Shown: positions 13,023-25,437 of the stretch, piece by piece
Position numbering within the stretch: the stretch's first letter is position 1
Layout: each line of letters starts with the position of its first letter
NCBI RefSeq assembly: GCF_001194135.2
Contig: NC_068984.1
Location: 134,489,006 to 134,527,292 of the forward strand
DNA: 38,287 nucleotides
Source: Octopus bimaculoides
Lineage: Eukaryota
Direction of reading: 5' to 3'
Translations under genes and position numbers: made by a program
Notes under the pieces: generated by a model
What the model was told of the DNA's origin: nothing
What the model saw: the letters and a program-made list of their open reading frames with translations, nothing else
Database searches by the model: none

Positions 13023-14142
13023 GTCAAAAAGGGGGCGTTTCTAATTTTCTGATGTATATATATTATACTAATAAATAATGTAGGTGTATAACGTCTTATT
13101 TCATTTCCCGTTTTAGATCGTTTCATTGAGCCGTTGGAGCTTCTTTCAATTTCTGTACTGCTAAGAAGATGAGAGAAACACCGGCATGCATCTAATATAT
13201 CGTACAATTTTTACCTCTAAGCAAGATTAAAACTTGGGACCATTATGCCTCTCGTTGAGAAGACAAACCATAAAGTGAATGTATTACACACTTCGTGTAT
13301 TGAACTTTCATAGATGAAAAGTGAAGTAAGCGATTTATGTTTGATCAGAACTAGAGAATCATACGTTTTTAACTTGCTATCTTCAAATGTAAGTTTCTGT
13401 AGTCTTAAAACTGCAACAGCATCATATATAAAACGTCTTTATATTCGAAAATATAAAAACTTGTTAAATTCAACGAGACATTCAAATAGATAAGTCAAGT
13501 GTTGGATTTCTATTATCGATACATTAAGTTGAAATCTCGAAGTGTGTCACTTTGGACATGGTTTCTTCTGCTATAGTGTCGGGTGAAGAAACGATAGAAT
13601 AGCTTGAATACTGACCACACATAAAGCAAACATTTCATAGATTACATTCACGCCATGCACTGCCTTTGCAAAAACTGACCGGATATACTAAAACAACAAC
13701 TACTACTACTGCCGCTACAACTACTACTATACTACTGCTACCTCTACTACTGTTACTGCTGCTAATTCCAAGAGAGTTAGAGGTTGTGAATCCAACCAAC
13801 TAAGGGATAATATCTGTTCAATATACTACTGGTAGAATACCCAATTATCAATACACAAGTGTTTTTTCATTGCATGGTAATTATACTACTGGATGTAATA
13901 AATAGGTGAGGGTAAAAAGTTGTTTTACCTTTAATTTATACAGCAATAAGAAAATGGAGGGGATCAAGAGGTGGTATTCATCAACTTTTAGACATTATAT
14001 TATGTCTGTTTATTTATTAAAAAAAAACAATTATTACGATATACATGTATAACATATTATGCTTTACATATATAAAATATAAAATATTTTAATAATTACT
14101 GGTATTTTTATGTTTAATATATTATATATGTANNNNNNNNNN

Positions 14143-14189
<47 letters not shown>

Positions 14190-14752
14190 GAGTTCAGAGT
14201 TACAAAACTAAAATCATGTGCAATAAATTGCACATTGCAATTTAAAATGCAGGCTGAGCACATTTATCGTTTGAATGATTATTCTAAAGGTGAGATTATC
14301 TTCACAACTTCAACGGGATGAAATATATGATGTGCGAGTGTGTGCATTATTGTATGTGTATGCACATGTTGCATGCTGTTATGCACATTTTGTCCACACT
14401 TCCAGTTGTGATTCTTCTGAAACAAACTCTCGCGAGGTACAGCAATTCATTTGATCATATAGGCATAGATGCTTCTTAAACTTGAAAATAAATGATGTTT
14501 TCCATTGTCTACAGTTATTCGCCTAAAATTGGTTACCAAAACATGGCGTAAACTCAATTGCTTTTGGTTTTAAACCTTAGTTTTCGTTTCACAACAGTGT
14601 GAGTAGCAACAGCAGCTGTAGTAACGACGGAGGCAGTAATGCTGTTATCCATATTCATATTAGATTTTGCTTTCAAACCTATGGTATCGTTGCTGTCAAT
14701 GTTGAAAATATTGATAGTGATAATGTTGGAATTTAACAACCGTGTATGTGTC

Positions 14753-14776
14753 AGTGTGTGTGTGTGTGTGTGTGTA

Positions 14777-14862
<86 letters not shown>
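14753..14862. repeat. (GT)n followed by (GA)n
   Basis: Seen directly. Confidence 0.97.
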
Positions 14863-14867
<5 letters not shown>

Positions 14868-15554
14868 TAGCTAGAGAAAGTGAGAGATAGAGAGGGAGAG
14901 AAACAGAGGAGGAGGTGATATCATTGACGTTAATAATGCTGTGGGTTGTGCTTAATGCACGCATCCGTTTGTTGCATTTAATTTACCTCCACAGATACAA
15001 ATGTTTGCACTAGTCTTGTGTTTGGTACACAACAAATTAGACGGTTATAGTAAAGCTGAATGCAATATGAAATAAGAATATGTAATGGATTAGGAAAAGA
15101 AAATCAAATAGCTGAAACAGCCTCAAGAAACAATAATTGTTAAATAACACGAAAGGCAAATAAATGGATGAAAAAATCCATTAATTTTCAAACGAATCAG
15201 TTATCCATTTATTTCTTAAGTAAGGATCTGATTACTTGGAAAAATTTAACAACGGTAAGAGGCACTCTGAGAAAAAGATAGAAAAAAAAATTTGTAATAC
15301 TGTGTATGTCTTGCAATCCACAGAAACGTCTTCTAAAAGGTTTACGTTCATAACGTTATCACGTAATATTAATAAATCTTAAGTATTTTCTTTCTACAAT
15401 TGGATTCATTTTGTCTGAGAACAAATGTTAACTAGCAATGCCATCCAAATGTTTGTCTCTCTATAAACGAGAAAATGTTTAACAGTCTTTCGTTAACACC
15501 CTAGAAGATATTCAAAAGTAAGCCATCATCTTCATTACTCAACTTGCTCTTAGT

Positions 15555-15775
15555 AGAGTAGTTAGCATGTCGAATAAAATGTATTCGTTTTGTCTCTCTG
15601 CACTATGAATTCAAATACCGCTGACGTCAAATTTGCCTTTCATCCTTTCGTGGGGGCAATAAAAAGTACCATTCCTGGGCAATATAATTGGCAGAAGTAC
15701 AAGAACAATGAACCAGATATTTTACGGTGTTTGTTCAGACTCCTTGCGTCCTGAGTTCAAATCCCATCGTGACCT
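15555..15775 (+). mobile_element. two degraded tandem heads of the second SINE family
   Basis: tgaattcaaatacc (15606), tttgcctttcatcctttcg core, aagtacca, then a second ctgagttcaaatccc (15751). Confidence 0.7.
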
Positions 15776-16319
15776 TGAGTGGTACACTTAATCCGTTGCC
15801 CAGTTTAACACTACATCCTAGCATCTAGGGCGTCTTTAGTGCTGTGCACTTTGTTAAAGTATTAAAGCCAGGGCTCCGGTCTCAGTACACATTCTCCCCC
15901 ACTCACCAGCGTCCAAGCGCTAACAATCATGGGCCCTGCTTTTCATCATCTCTAAAAAAAAAAAAGCATTCCAGCCTTTGGTAATTCGAATTGATTTTCC
16001 CAGCCACATCTCCAACATACGTATTTTCCCCAGTTATTCTCTTGTGTACAAAGGTGCAATAATAACCGTTCCATGAAACTTTCCGTCCGTGATCATGAAC
16101 ATCGAATTTATGAAATGCGATGTTTTCGTTTTGTTCTTCTGTTTTAGAAGGGCTCCACAATGTGTCTTCCTCCAACACAGATCTTTAATGTTAATTCAAA
16201 TTAGGATAATCAAATCATCGGAGCTTTAAAGTCAACCTTGAGTCTACAGGATAATGAAAACGCTGCCTACTTGGATTTTCATGGTATTTAGGCTGAAAGT
16301 AAAAGACTGCCTGCTAAAT

Positions 16320-16497
16320 AAGAAGCCAGTCGGTTGTAGTGTTAACCTCCAGCTCTCTCATTTTCGGGTGAGCGTACTGGAGTTAGGGGAAAAGAAGTGC
16401 CTTGCTCAAGGACACAATGCGCTACCTATAACCGAGAATCGAACCCAATAACTAACGCCTGTGAGCACAACACCTAACAACTAGGCTACGCGTCTTC
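16320..16497 (-). mobile_element. tRNA-derived CORE-SINE (third family), degraded
   Basis: Minus strand shows an A-box-like TAGCCTAGTTG, a B-box GGTTCGATTC and a CORE-like ttgtgtccttgagcaaggcactt. Confidence 0.75.
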
Positions 16498-16664
16498 ATA
16501 TCATAGATCAGCTCCCTGAATATTAAAAGTCCAATTCTTTTTCTTTGAGTAATTTCTATGTATTATCAGGCATGAACATTTAGTACTTTTTAACTCCCAT
16601 CCCTATTCGAAATCCAGAATTTTAGGTTGAATGATCAAAAGTTTGGACATTTGAAGTTCTGTGG

Positions 16665-16755
16665 TGGTGATGACCACGACGACGATAATGGTAATGATGA
16701 CGATGATGATGATAATGATGATGATGATGATAATGATGATGATGATTATGATGAC
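16665..16755. repeat. degenerate (GAT)n
   Basis: Seen directly. Confidence 0.9.
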
Positions 16756-17524
16756 TGGGGTGATGAAAATCACATTTTGATGTTCCATTTTGAGCAGAAT
16801 TTTAAATTCTATCGTTTATTGATAATGAAGTATCTCAAGCCACAAACAATAATTTCAACGCAAAATATATTTTATATCACTTAGCTAAGAGAATTTCAAA
16901 GTTTTTGAGGGATAATTTAAATATTTGATCTTTGAATTCTAACGGTGATCAGAACATCGAAGATTAAATTATACACATGGCAAAGTAACTTTTCTCATCA
17001 TTTTATTTCAGTTTACAAAAGCATATTAGTCTTTTAAACATTTTAGATTAGATTTGAACCATTGTGTACAGTTCTCTTATTGGTGGAATTTTACAGAATA
17101 GGCCAAAATGATAAAATTAAAGGGCGTAATTTGATTGTTCTTAGGTCATTTGGACTGATTGAGTAATGAAAGCAATATGAATGGATCACGTAATGTGATA
17201 GTCGAAAGTTGCATAATTTGATTAGTGTTTGAAAATTGTCTTCACGAAGAAATTTGATTGGCTAACTGCTGAGTTTACATGAAACGATCAAACTGATTAA
17301 ACAGAGTGCATGAATCATCCATAACTGAATGAATATAAGTTTACCTGTTGCCATACAAAGCGTGATGGCAAATACTGCAATGTTTACTAATAGGAAATAT
17401 ATGGTTTTACGTGTTAAAGCAAGTTAATAATGAAGGGGAATAATATCAGAGCTGTGAAAATAAAACAATCGACAATACATAAAGATTTACTTCGAAATAT
17501 TTCTAAATAAATTTTAGGTTTTTA

Positions 17525-18116
17525 CTCTCTTCTTCTTCCACCTCCTCTCTCTTCCTCCTCCTTTCTCTTCTTCCTCTCTCTTCCTCCTCCTTTCTCTTCT
17601 TCCTCTCTCTTCCTCTTCCTCCTCTCTCTTCCTCCTCCTCTCTCTCCCTCTTCCTCTCTCTCTCTCTTCCTCTCTTTCCCTCTTCCTCTCTCTTCCTCTC
17701 ACTTCCTCTCACTTCCTCTCTCTTCCTCTCTCTTCCACTTCCTCTCTCTTCCTCTTCCTCTCTCTTCCCCCTCCTCTCCCTACCTCCTCCTCTCTCTTCC
17801 TCCTCTCTCTTCCTCCTCTCTCTTCCTCCTCTCTCTTCCTCCTCTTCTCTCTTCCTCCTCCTCTCCCTTCCTCCTCCTCTCCCTACCCCTTCTTCTCTCT
17901 TCCTCCTCCTCTCCCTNNNNNNNNNNNNNNNNNNNNNNNNNNNNNNNNNNNNNNNNNNNNNNNNNNNNNNNNNNNNNNNNNNNNNNNNNNNNNNNNNNNN
18001 NNNNNNNNNNNNNNNNNNNNNNNNNNNNNNNNNNNNNNNNNNNNNNNNNNNNNNNNNNNNNNNNNNNNNNNNNNNNNNNNNNNNNNNNNNNNNNNNCCTC
18101 CTTCTCCTCCTCCTCA
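17525..18116. repeat. long polypyrimidine (CT-rich) low-complexity tract spanning a gap
   Basis: About 390 bp of almost exclusively C/T (ctcttcct units) before the N-run, continuing after it. Confidence 0.95.
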
Positions 18117-19224
18117 TCATCATCATACATCATGTAATTTTTGCACGCATTATTGAAGTATATCTTGGTAGAAGAATATTTCTGTGTGTGTATAAAAGTG
18201 TATATAAATATGTATGTATGTATGTATGTATTTGAGTGCGTGTGCGTGTGTGTGTGCGCGCGTGTGCGTGTGAGCGCGCGCACGTTTTTTCAAACGTGTC
18301 TGGTTGCTCATTAATGTAGTAATAATTCAAAGTTTAGATGTATATGTCTATACGTTTCAAAATTCGATTAGAATTGTTTTCTTAGAATATTAATGAAATG
18401 TGTCTCATCTTTTTAATATACTTTAGCAAAGTAGGCTTCCTGTTTAGGTGGAAATTTATGTCTGCCTGTCTACCAATCTACCTCTCTCTCTCTCAATGTT
18501 TACCATTCTCTCACATCCACGAAAGAAGACTTTGTGAGAGCAAGAATTTTTCCTATTCTTATAGTTGTAAGAATGGAAATATAAAAATGCAAAAACGAGG
18601 GCGTGAAGTGGGAGAAAAACTGTAAGGTTAAGTTAGTCGAAGGGTTACTAGATTCATAGGTACTTCTACGCTTTTATTTATCTCAGACTTAGGCCACAAA
18701 AACTCTTCATACTCCACTCATGCACACACACACACACACACACACACACTGAATTGTGTTGACATATAACATATGTAACTACAGGCATTACTATCACGCT
18801 GATACTATTACTACTGTTGTTAGCTGGCTATTGAAAACATGGTGGGTTGGCAGTGGTTGTGGTGTTGCAGCTACTGGTTTCGTGTTCATGGTGGAGGTGG
18901 GATGTTGGTGGCGTTGGTAATATTGTTGTTCTTAACTTTAATGTTGATGATGTTTATTTTAAAGTCAATTCTCATTTATCTAACTTCAAAGACCTTTCAT
19001 TTAACATTTAAAATACACTAGAGTTTCACATTATCTTATGCGGTTGCTTTTTTTAAATTCCAGATGGAGTTAGTCACATTGTTCATTCTACTGTTGCTCT
19101 TATTATTGGTTATTAAAGAGTTGGTCGGTCGCTAGTAGAGGTGTTTGTATTGGTTTTGGTGTTGATGGTGATTGTGCTGGTATTGATGATATATAGTGGT
19201 GATTTATATACACACATTCACAGA

Positions 19225-19262
19225 GAGAGGAGAGGAGAGAGAGAAAAGATAGGAGAGAAAGA

Positions 19263-19314
<52 letters not shown>
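19225..19314. repeat. (GA)n-rich tract
   Basis: Seen directly. Confidence 0.9.
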
Positions 19315-19315
<1 letters not shown>

Positions 19316-19972
19316 TTCACTGTGACTCAAGAAAATATGCACAAACATTCACAAATATTTGCAGTGAAAGCTTTCACTTGNNNNNNNNNNNNNNNNNNNN
19401 NNNNNNNNNNNNNNNNNNNNNNNNNNNNNNNNNNNNNNNNNNNNNNNNNNNNNNNNNNNNNNNNNNNNNNNNNNNNNNNNNNNNNNNNNNNNNNNNNNNN
19501 NNNNNNNNNNNNNNNNNNNNNNNNNNNNNNNNNNNNNNNNNNNNNNNNNNNNNNNNNNNNNNNNNNNNNNNNNNNNNNNNNNNNNNNNNNNNNNNNNNNN
19601 NNNNNNNNNNNNNNNNNNNNNNNNNNNNNNNNNNNNNNNNNNNNNNNNNNNNNNNNNNNNNNNNNNNNNNNNNNNNNNNNNNNNNNNNNNNNNNNNNNNN
19701 NNNNNNNNNNNNNNNNNNNNNNNNNNNNNNNNNNNNNNNNNNNNNNNNNNNNNNNNNNNNNNNNNNNNNNNNNNNNNNNNNNNNNNNNNNNNNNNNNNNN
19801 NNNNNNNNNNNNNNNNNNNNNNNNNNNNNNNNNNNNNNNNNNNNNNNNNNNNNNNNNNNNNNNNNNNNNNNNNNNNNNNNNNNNNNNNNNNNNNNNNNNN
19901 NNNNNNNNNNNNNNNNNNNNNNNNNNNNNNNNNNNNNNNNNNNNNNNNNNNNNNNATATATATATATATATA

Positions 19973-20130
19973 CGACACGCTTCTTTCGGTTTCCGTCTAC
20001 CAAATCCATTCACAAGGCTTTGGTTGGCTCGAGGCTATAGTAGAAGTCACTTGCCCAAAGTGCCACGTAGTGGGACTGAACCGGAACCATGTGGTTGGTA
20101 AGCAAACTACTTACCACACAGCCACTCCTA
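19973..20130 (-). mobile_element. head of the CORE-type SINE (family of 1627-1945 and 38088-38250)
   Basis: Minus strand has A-box TGGCTGTGTGG, B-box-like GGTTCAGTCCC and CORE-like ctttgggcaagtgacttct. It is highly similar to 38088-38250, and its 3' part runs into (TA)n and the gap. Confidence 0.92.
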
Positions 20131-20234
20131 CACGAAAAATATTGACTTAATCTGGTTTAAAGTTGAGATTAAATACGTGATAAACATAAAGTACCATCGT
20201 AATTTTGGGACAATATTGTACTTTATAAGGAGTT

Positions 20235-20395
20235 GTTCATCCTTTCAGATGTAACATCGAAATTTCCTCAAAGCAGACCGTTACCTTTTATAGAACATAG
20301 TTTTAAATGACTGAAAAAGGTGGGATGATCACGTTTGGAACACTTTTGATCATAATTTTCACAGATCAGGGTTGATCTGAAGCAAAATAGCAGTT
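20235..20395 (+). repeat. old dispersed repeat, unclassified family
   Basis: 20319-20354 matches the reverse complement of 31492-31527 at 27/36 nt. Its ending gggttgatctgaagcaaa resembles 36497-36510 and 37897-37915. Confidence 0.55.
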
Positions 20396-22120
20396 TGAAC
20401 AGCCTTCATTTTCCCAGGATAAAGAATGATGATTACAGTGACGATGACGACGACGATGGGATAATGCTGACAATGGAAGCAATGTATACGACAATGAAAA
20501 TAATGATAGTGATGAGGATCATTATGGGGATAGAAGCAGTAAATGATAATGTTGTTAAGTGCGGAATCCCCAATATAGGTGTGCACTATACACACTATAA
20601 TTCTTTCTAAACTGGAGAATAAACATATTTATATGACAGGCTCTTTTCTTAATCAAAAATACCTCAAATGTTTCAAACTTGTCCTCCATCTCCGATCTCG
20701 TCATTGTATCATTTTATTTCCACCTTTTAAAGATGAGATTCTTTTATCTAAATTAAATCATCCGAGCTATTTTCTTTCTACATCATCTGCTAAAATAACA
20801 ACTGACAATTTGTGGGATGATTGCAACGATATTTCAGTAAAATGTATTTAAGTGGTAATCCTGACGTCTATCTTCTTTTCCTTTTCTTCATCTACATGCT
20901 TAACTTCCGTCTTTCTCTTTTTCATTCGTACTCTTTCTCGTTTTTTCTTCTTTCTTCGAGAAACATAACGATGAGGCAGAGGGGAAGAAAAACATCGAGA
21001 ACATGGCTAATGCATTAGCATTGGAGAAAATATCTACAAACATTGGTTTCTACATATTTTTGTAAATCGACTTGACAACAGGCGCAGGTAAAAAGCTTTG
21101 CTTCGCAACTGCCAATGGTTGGATGGAGAGAAAGAGAAATAAATGGAGAGAAAGAGGGAGAGAGAGGAGTAGAAAAAATAGACAGAAAAATAGAGTGATA
21201 TTTAAAGAGCGGGGAAAATACAAAGAAAACGAAGTAAAAGAAAATTGATAAAAGGGGAAGGGAGAAAAAAATGAAAAAATACAGAAAAAAAAGGAAGAAA
21301 AAAAGAATAAAGATGAAAATCATAGCTGAGTCATCTTCACAAGGATGGATTATATTGAAAGGCAATATATTACTTTATCGTGATAAAAGAGAGCAAGAGA
21401 AGCAAAATTGCAGCCATATTGCTTTACACGCTAGATATATGTAGATACGAAGCGAATCACAAATGCAGACCAATTCTTATATAAATATACTTTCATGTAG
21501 TATATTTTTGCTAGTGTACTTCATTATTTCAAACATAGATAATGTATTTATTTTAACATTGTAAAGATTTATATATTTACAAAAATTGACAAATTGAAAT
21601 ACCATTCACTTAACATAGGAACAGACACAGAACACGATTTCTTATAAACACCAAGATATTAACAAATAAGAGAGAAGAAATATACATACTGAAGTATTAT
21701 GTATATACACATACATCCACACCTAACACACGATAGAGTAGACATACGTATGTGTGCATCTGATCTATGCATGCGTTTATCTGAACGCAAGTTAATGTGT
21801 AGCTGTATCATTACGAGAATGTAAATATCTATATTTTACAATTATTACATCCATCTTGTTAAAGAAATATCTTCTTTAGACAAACTTTGTTTTTAACACG
21901 CACGAGACAATTTCCACAATTCGTTACTATGACATAGAAGCTTTAAATAGCAATTTTCAAATGTTTTCTCTATATTTCCAAAATATACTCATTGTAAACT
22001 CAAGGAAATAAAATTGAGATAGATATGCATGGACTTATGTTTATGTATAGGCATATAATTTTATTCACAACATCGTATATACATATTCATATATATGAAC
22101 ATGCACATACAGACCCACAA

Positions 22121-22167
<47 letters not shown>

Positions 22168-22474
22168 TGACCGCTGACTGAACACTATTCAATTTTTTCT
22201 CTCCGTGTTTTTCTCCTTGTCTCCGTATTCTTTCTGTTGAAGANNNNNNNNNNNNNNNNNNNNNNNNNNNNNNNNNNNNNNNNNNNNNNNNNNNNNNNNN
22301 NNNNNNNNNNNNNNNNNNNNNNNNNNNNNNNNNNNNNNNNNNNNNNNNNNNNNNNNNNNNNNNNNNNNNNNNNNNNNNNNNNNNNNNNNNNNNNNNNNNN
22401 NNNNNNNNNNNNNNNNNNNNNNNNNNNNNNNNNNNNNNNNNNNNNNNNNNNNNNNNNNNNNNNNNNNNNNNNNN

Positions 22475-22522
<48 letters not shown>

Positions 22523-22693
22523 TCCATGTGTACATGTGAGTGAAATTTATCAGTAAATTAGATATCAAAATCTTAGTTTAAATTATATATCGTGTGTTCA
22601 GGAAAAAGGTATAGATCACACACACACACACACGCGCGCGCGCGTGCGCACGGGGTTATGTGCCTATGCATTTATATTATTAGTTACATAACT

Positions 22694-22916
22694 GAAGATG
22701 GCGAGTTGACAGAATCGTTTGCTGGCCGAGCAAAAGGCAAAATACTTAGCAGCATTTCTTTCGGCTTTAAGTTCTGAGACCAAATTCTGTCGAGGCCGAC
22801 TTTACTTTTCATCCTTTTGGTGGTCGATAAATTAAGTACCAGTCAAGTACTGGAATCAATATAATCAACTAGCTCCCTCCTCCAAATTTCAGGCCTTATG
22901 CTTACAGTGGAAATAA
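22694..22916 (+). mobile_element. full-length second-family SINE with diverged 17-bp TSD
   Basis: gaagatggcgagttgacagaatcg head and catccttttggtggtcgataaattaagtaccag core. TSD ttattagttacataact (22677-22693) vs ttattagctatatagct (22917-22933), 14/17 identical. Confidence 0.88.
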
Positions 22917-23352
22917 TTATTAGCTATATAGCTCATTGGTGAAGCGCAGGATTTTACTGAGCTTTTCGCGTTAACCATTTCAAAGTTCAATTGCTTTTAC
23001 AGCTGGATGCACTGTCTTCTCTTGAAACCATCTCATAGAAACGGAACTCTAACTTCTGACATATTACATCATTCATCAAACTGAGTTGAAGAGTGCAGCT
23101 TTGAAAGTGTCATCTTTTTAAGCAAATAAATCACAGATTAGTTGCAGTGAACCGGAAGTATCGAGAAATACGTTTGAAATGGTTACACTTATAATCTTTA
23201 AACTGTCAGATAGGAAGATACCACATTTGTTCATATCAGGGTGATAACGGTGAAGATAAGGAAGATGATGTTGAGGCCAATAATTCAGATGAAAGATGAT
23301 GAAAGTAATGCAAAGTTGATAAAATTGACGGTTTTGTTAATCATGAAAGCAA

Positions 23353-23400
23353 TGATGATGATGATGATGATGATGAGGATGATGATGATTATGATAATGA
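23353..23400. repeat. (GAT)n microsatellite
   Basis: Seen directly. Confidence 0.9.
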
Positions 23401-23595
23401 AGAAGTAAACGTAAGCAACGAAAAAGAAGACGACAAAGGCGATGATGATGATTATACTTATAATAAGGAATATTATAATGATGGGATGACCGGTGCTTAA
23501 TGTTTGCGATCTAACCCATCTCCCGCATTAGACAAACCCGAATGAGAACATGCACTCTCTCATTCGATCTGGTGTTATGCGATCGGTGAACCCAA

Positions 23596-23712
23596 CTTCC
23601 CTAAATATGCGCTAAATATGCTTCCCTAAATATGCGCTAAATATGCTTCCCTAAATATGCTTCATTGATTCCCTAAATATGCTTCATTGATTCCCTAAAT
23701 ATGCTTCATTGA
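23596..23712. repeat. compound minisatellite built on CTAAATATGC
   Basis: A 25-nt unit x2 (23596-23645), then the 22-nt unit ttccctaaatatgcttcattga x3 (23647-23712); 7 copies of CTAAATATGC in total. Confidence 0.95.
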
Positions 23713-23819
23713 TACGTTGATATTTATTATTTGAGTCGGTGTTGAGGGTTACTGTTTTTCTTCTATCTGATAGCAGAATATTTCAATCAAAACCAGCGCT
23801 AATTAGAGTTGGCTCTATA

Positions 23820-24075
23820 GCTATCACGTATTCAGATTATGTCATCCTCGTGTCCATAACTTAACCATCATGTGCTAAGATAATAGTCATCACAAATTCA
23901 CACAATCGCCATGACCTTTTCACACTAAGACCATCACGTGTCCATACCAAAGCTATCATGAACTGACATCGTAGTTATCATAGCTATTACAAGCTCACAT
24001 CGTAGTCGTTAAAGTTCACACCAGAATAATTAACAGTCTATGCCACAGTCATCCAAACTGGCACTATTGTCATCG
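23820..24075. repeat. cryptic degenerate 22-nt minisatellite
   Basis: RYYATCAY-like heads at 23864, 23886, 23908, 23930, 23952 and 23974 (exact 22-nt spacing), with further units at 23820, 23841, 23983, 24005 and 24048. Confidence 0.65.
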
Positions 24076-24489
24076 TCATACTACAGCAAAATTTATTCTA
24101 CGTTTTCTTCATTCATTCTGCTCAGGCTTCCGACTTCCTTTTTCTTAAGCATTTTATGTGTGAATTATATATANNNNNNNNNNNNNNNNNNNNNNNNNNN
24201 NNNNNNNNNNNNNNNNNNNNNNNNNNNNNNNNNNNNNNNNNNNNNNNNNNNNNNNNNNNNNNNNNNNNNNNNNNNNNNNNNNNNNNNNNNNNNNNNNNNN
24301 NNNNNNNNNNNNNNNNNNNNNNNNNNNNNNNNNNNNNNNNNNNNNNNNNNNNNNNNNNNNNNNNNNNNNNNNNNNNNNNNNNNNNNNNNNNNNNNNNNNN
24401 NNNNNNNNNNNNNNNNNNNNNNNNNNNNNNNNNNNNNNNNNNNNNNTATATATATATATATTAGTACATTACATAAATACATTACTGAC

Positions 24490-24869
24490 GAAGGCGCGAT
24501 GGCTCTGTAAGTTAGGGCAGTGGACTCGCGGTCATAGGATCGCGGTTTCGATTCCCAGATCGGGCGTTGTGAGTGTCTATTGAGCGAAAATACCTAAAGC
24601 TCTACGAGGCTCCAGCAGAGTGTGGTGGGGAACCTTACTGTATTCTTCCACCATAACTTTCTCTCACTTTTTCTTCCTGTTCTCTGTTGTACCTGTATTT
24701 CAAAGGGCCAGCCTTGTCGCACTCTGTGTCATGCTGAATCTCTCCGAGAACTACGTTAAGGGTACACGTGTCTACAGAGTGCTCAGCCACTTGCACGTTA
24801 ATTTCACGAGAAGGCTGTTCCGTTGATCGGATCAACTGGAGCCGTCGTCGTCGTAACCGACGGAGTGCC
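24490..24869 (+). mobile_element. ~380-bp tRNA(Arg-like)-derived SINE (fourth family), near full length
   Basis: The head gaaggcgcgatggctctgtaagttagggcagtggactcgcggtcataggatcgcggtttcgattccc has A/B-box-like motifs, and a GC-rich tail ends ...gtaaccgacggagtgcc. It resembles octopus SINEs as I recall them; the name is not verified. Confidence 0.85.
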
Positions 24870-25193
24870 GCGATACATTACTTACACATTATTCAGGCAA
24901 ATTCAAACAATAATTTTAAATGTCTTGAAGAGAAGATACGAAATTTGTTTCCCCCAAATGATTCATTATTAATAAATACTTTGAATGACTGTTTATACGA
25001 ATATGTGATATTTTAAACACGAATGTCCTAATAGATAAACTAATATGGTAGATCACTTAACAATCTACTTGTATAATACTCTAAAGAAATGCTTATCACC
25101 ATTTCAGTAAACATAACCGAACTCTTCAAAACACAGACTAAAGATATTTCAGTGTAAGCATTGTAGTATAGACCCTAATATATATATATTTTA

Positions 25194-25437
25194 GCTGGGC
25201 ACATTTTCCGCATGCCAGACCAAAGGCACGCCAAAACAGCATTTAAATGGGAACCACCTGGCGGAAAGAGAAAGAGAGGAAGACCAAAAACAACATGGTG
25301 CAGATCGTTCAAAGCAGACATAGCAGTAATAAACATAAAATGGGAAAACATCTAGAGAGAGGCTGCCGATAGAGATCAGTGGAGATTGTTGTCTGCCCAG
25401 TGCGCCACCAGACGTGGGATGGACTAAGAACTAAGAA
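25194..25437 (+). mobile_element. 5'-truncated RTE-clade LINE 3' end
   Basis: 25194-25427 translates as AGHIFRMPDQRHAKTAFKWEPPGGKRKRGRPKTTWCRSF...W ENI*REAADRDQWRLL...D*, the typical RTE ORF C-terminus (GHxxR, W-P-GKRxRGRP-W, DR--WR). It has one internal stop (25353-25355), a (CTAAGAA)2 tail, and TSD ctaatatatatatat at 25175-25189 and 25438-25452. Confidence 0.92.

Noticed and set aside
15927-16178. 83-aa ORF MLEEDTLWSPSK...
   Set aside because: It starts at a non-ATG codon, runs through a poly-T tract, and has no recognisable motif.
23596-24075. Repeat arrays superficially resembling CRISPR
   Set aside because: There are no unique spacers between identical repeats, no cas genes, and the context is eukaryotic.
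24485-24510. ctgacgaaggc, hammerhead-like start on the + strand
   Set aside because: It is the junction with the SINE head, and no GAAA follows.
24490-24560. tRNA-like sequences (also 16420-16497, 20060-20130, 38088-38150)
   Set aside because: They lack a paired acceptor stem and continue into SINE bodies, so they are SINE heads, not tRNA genes.
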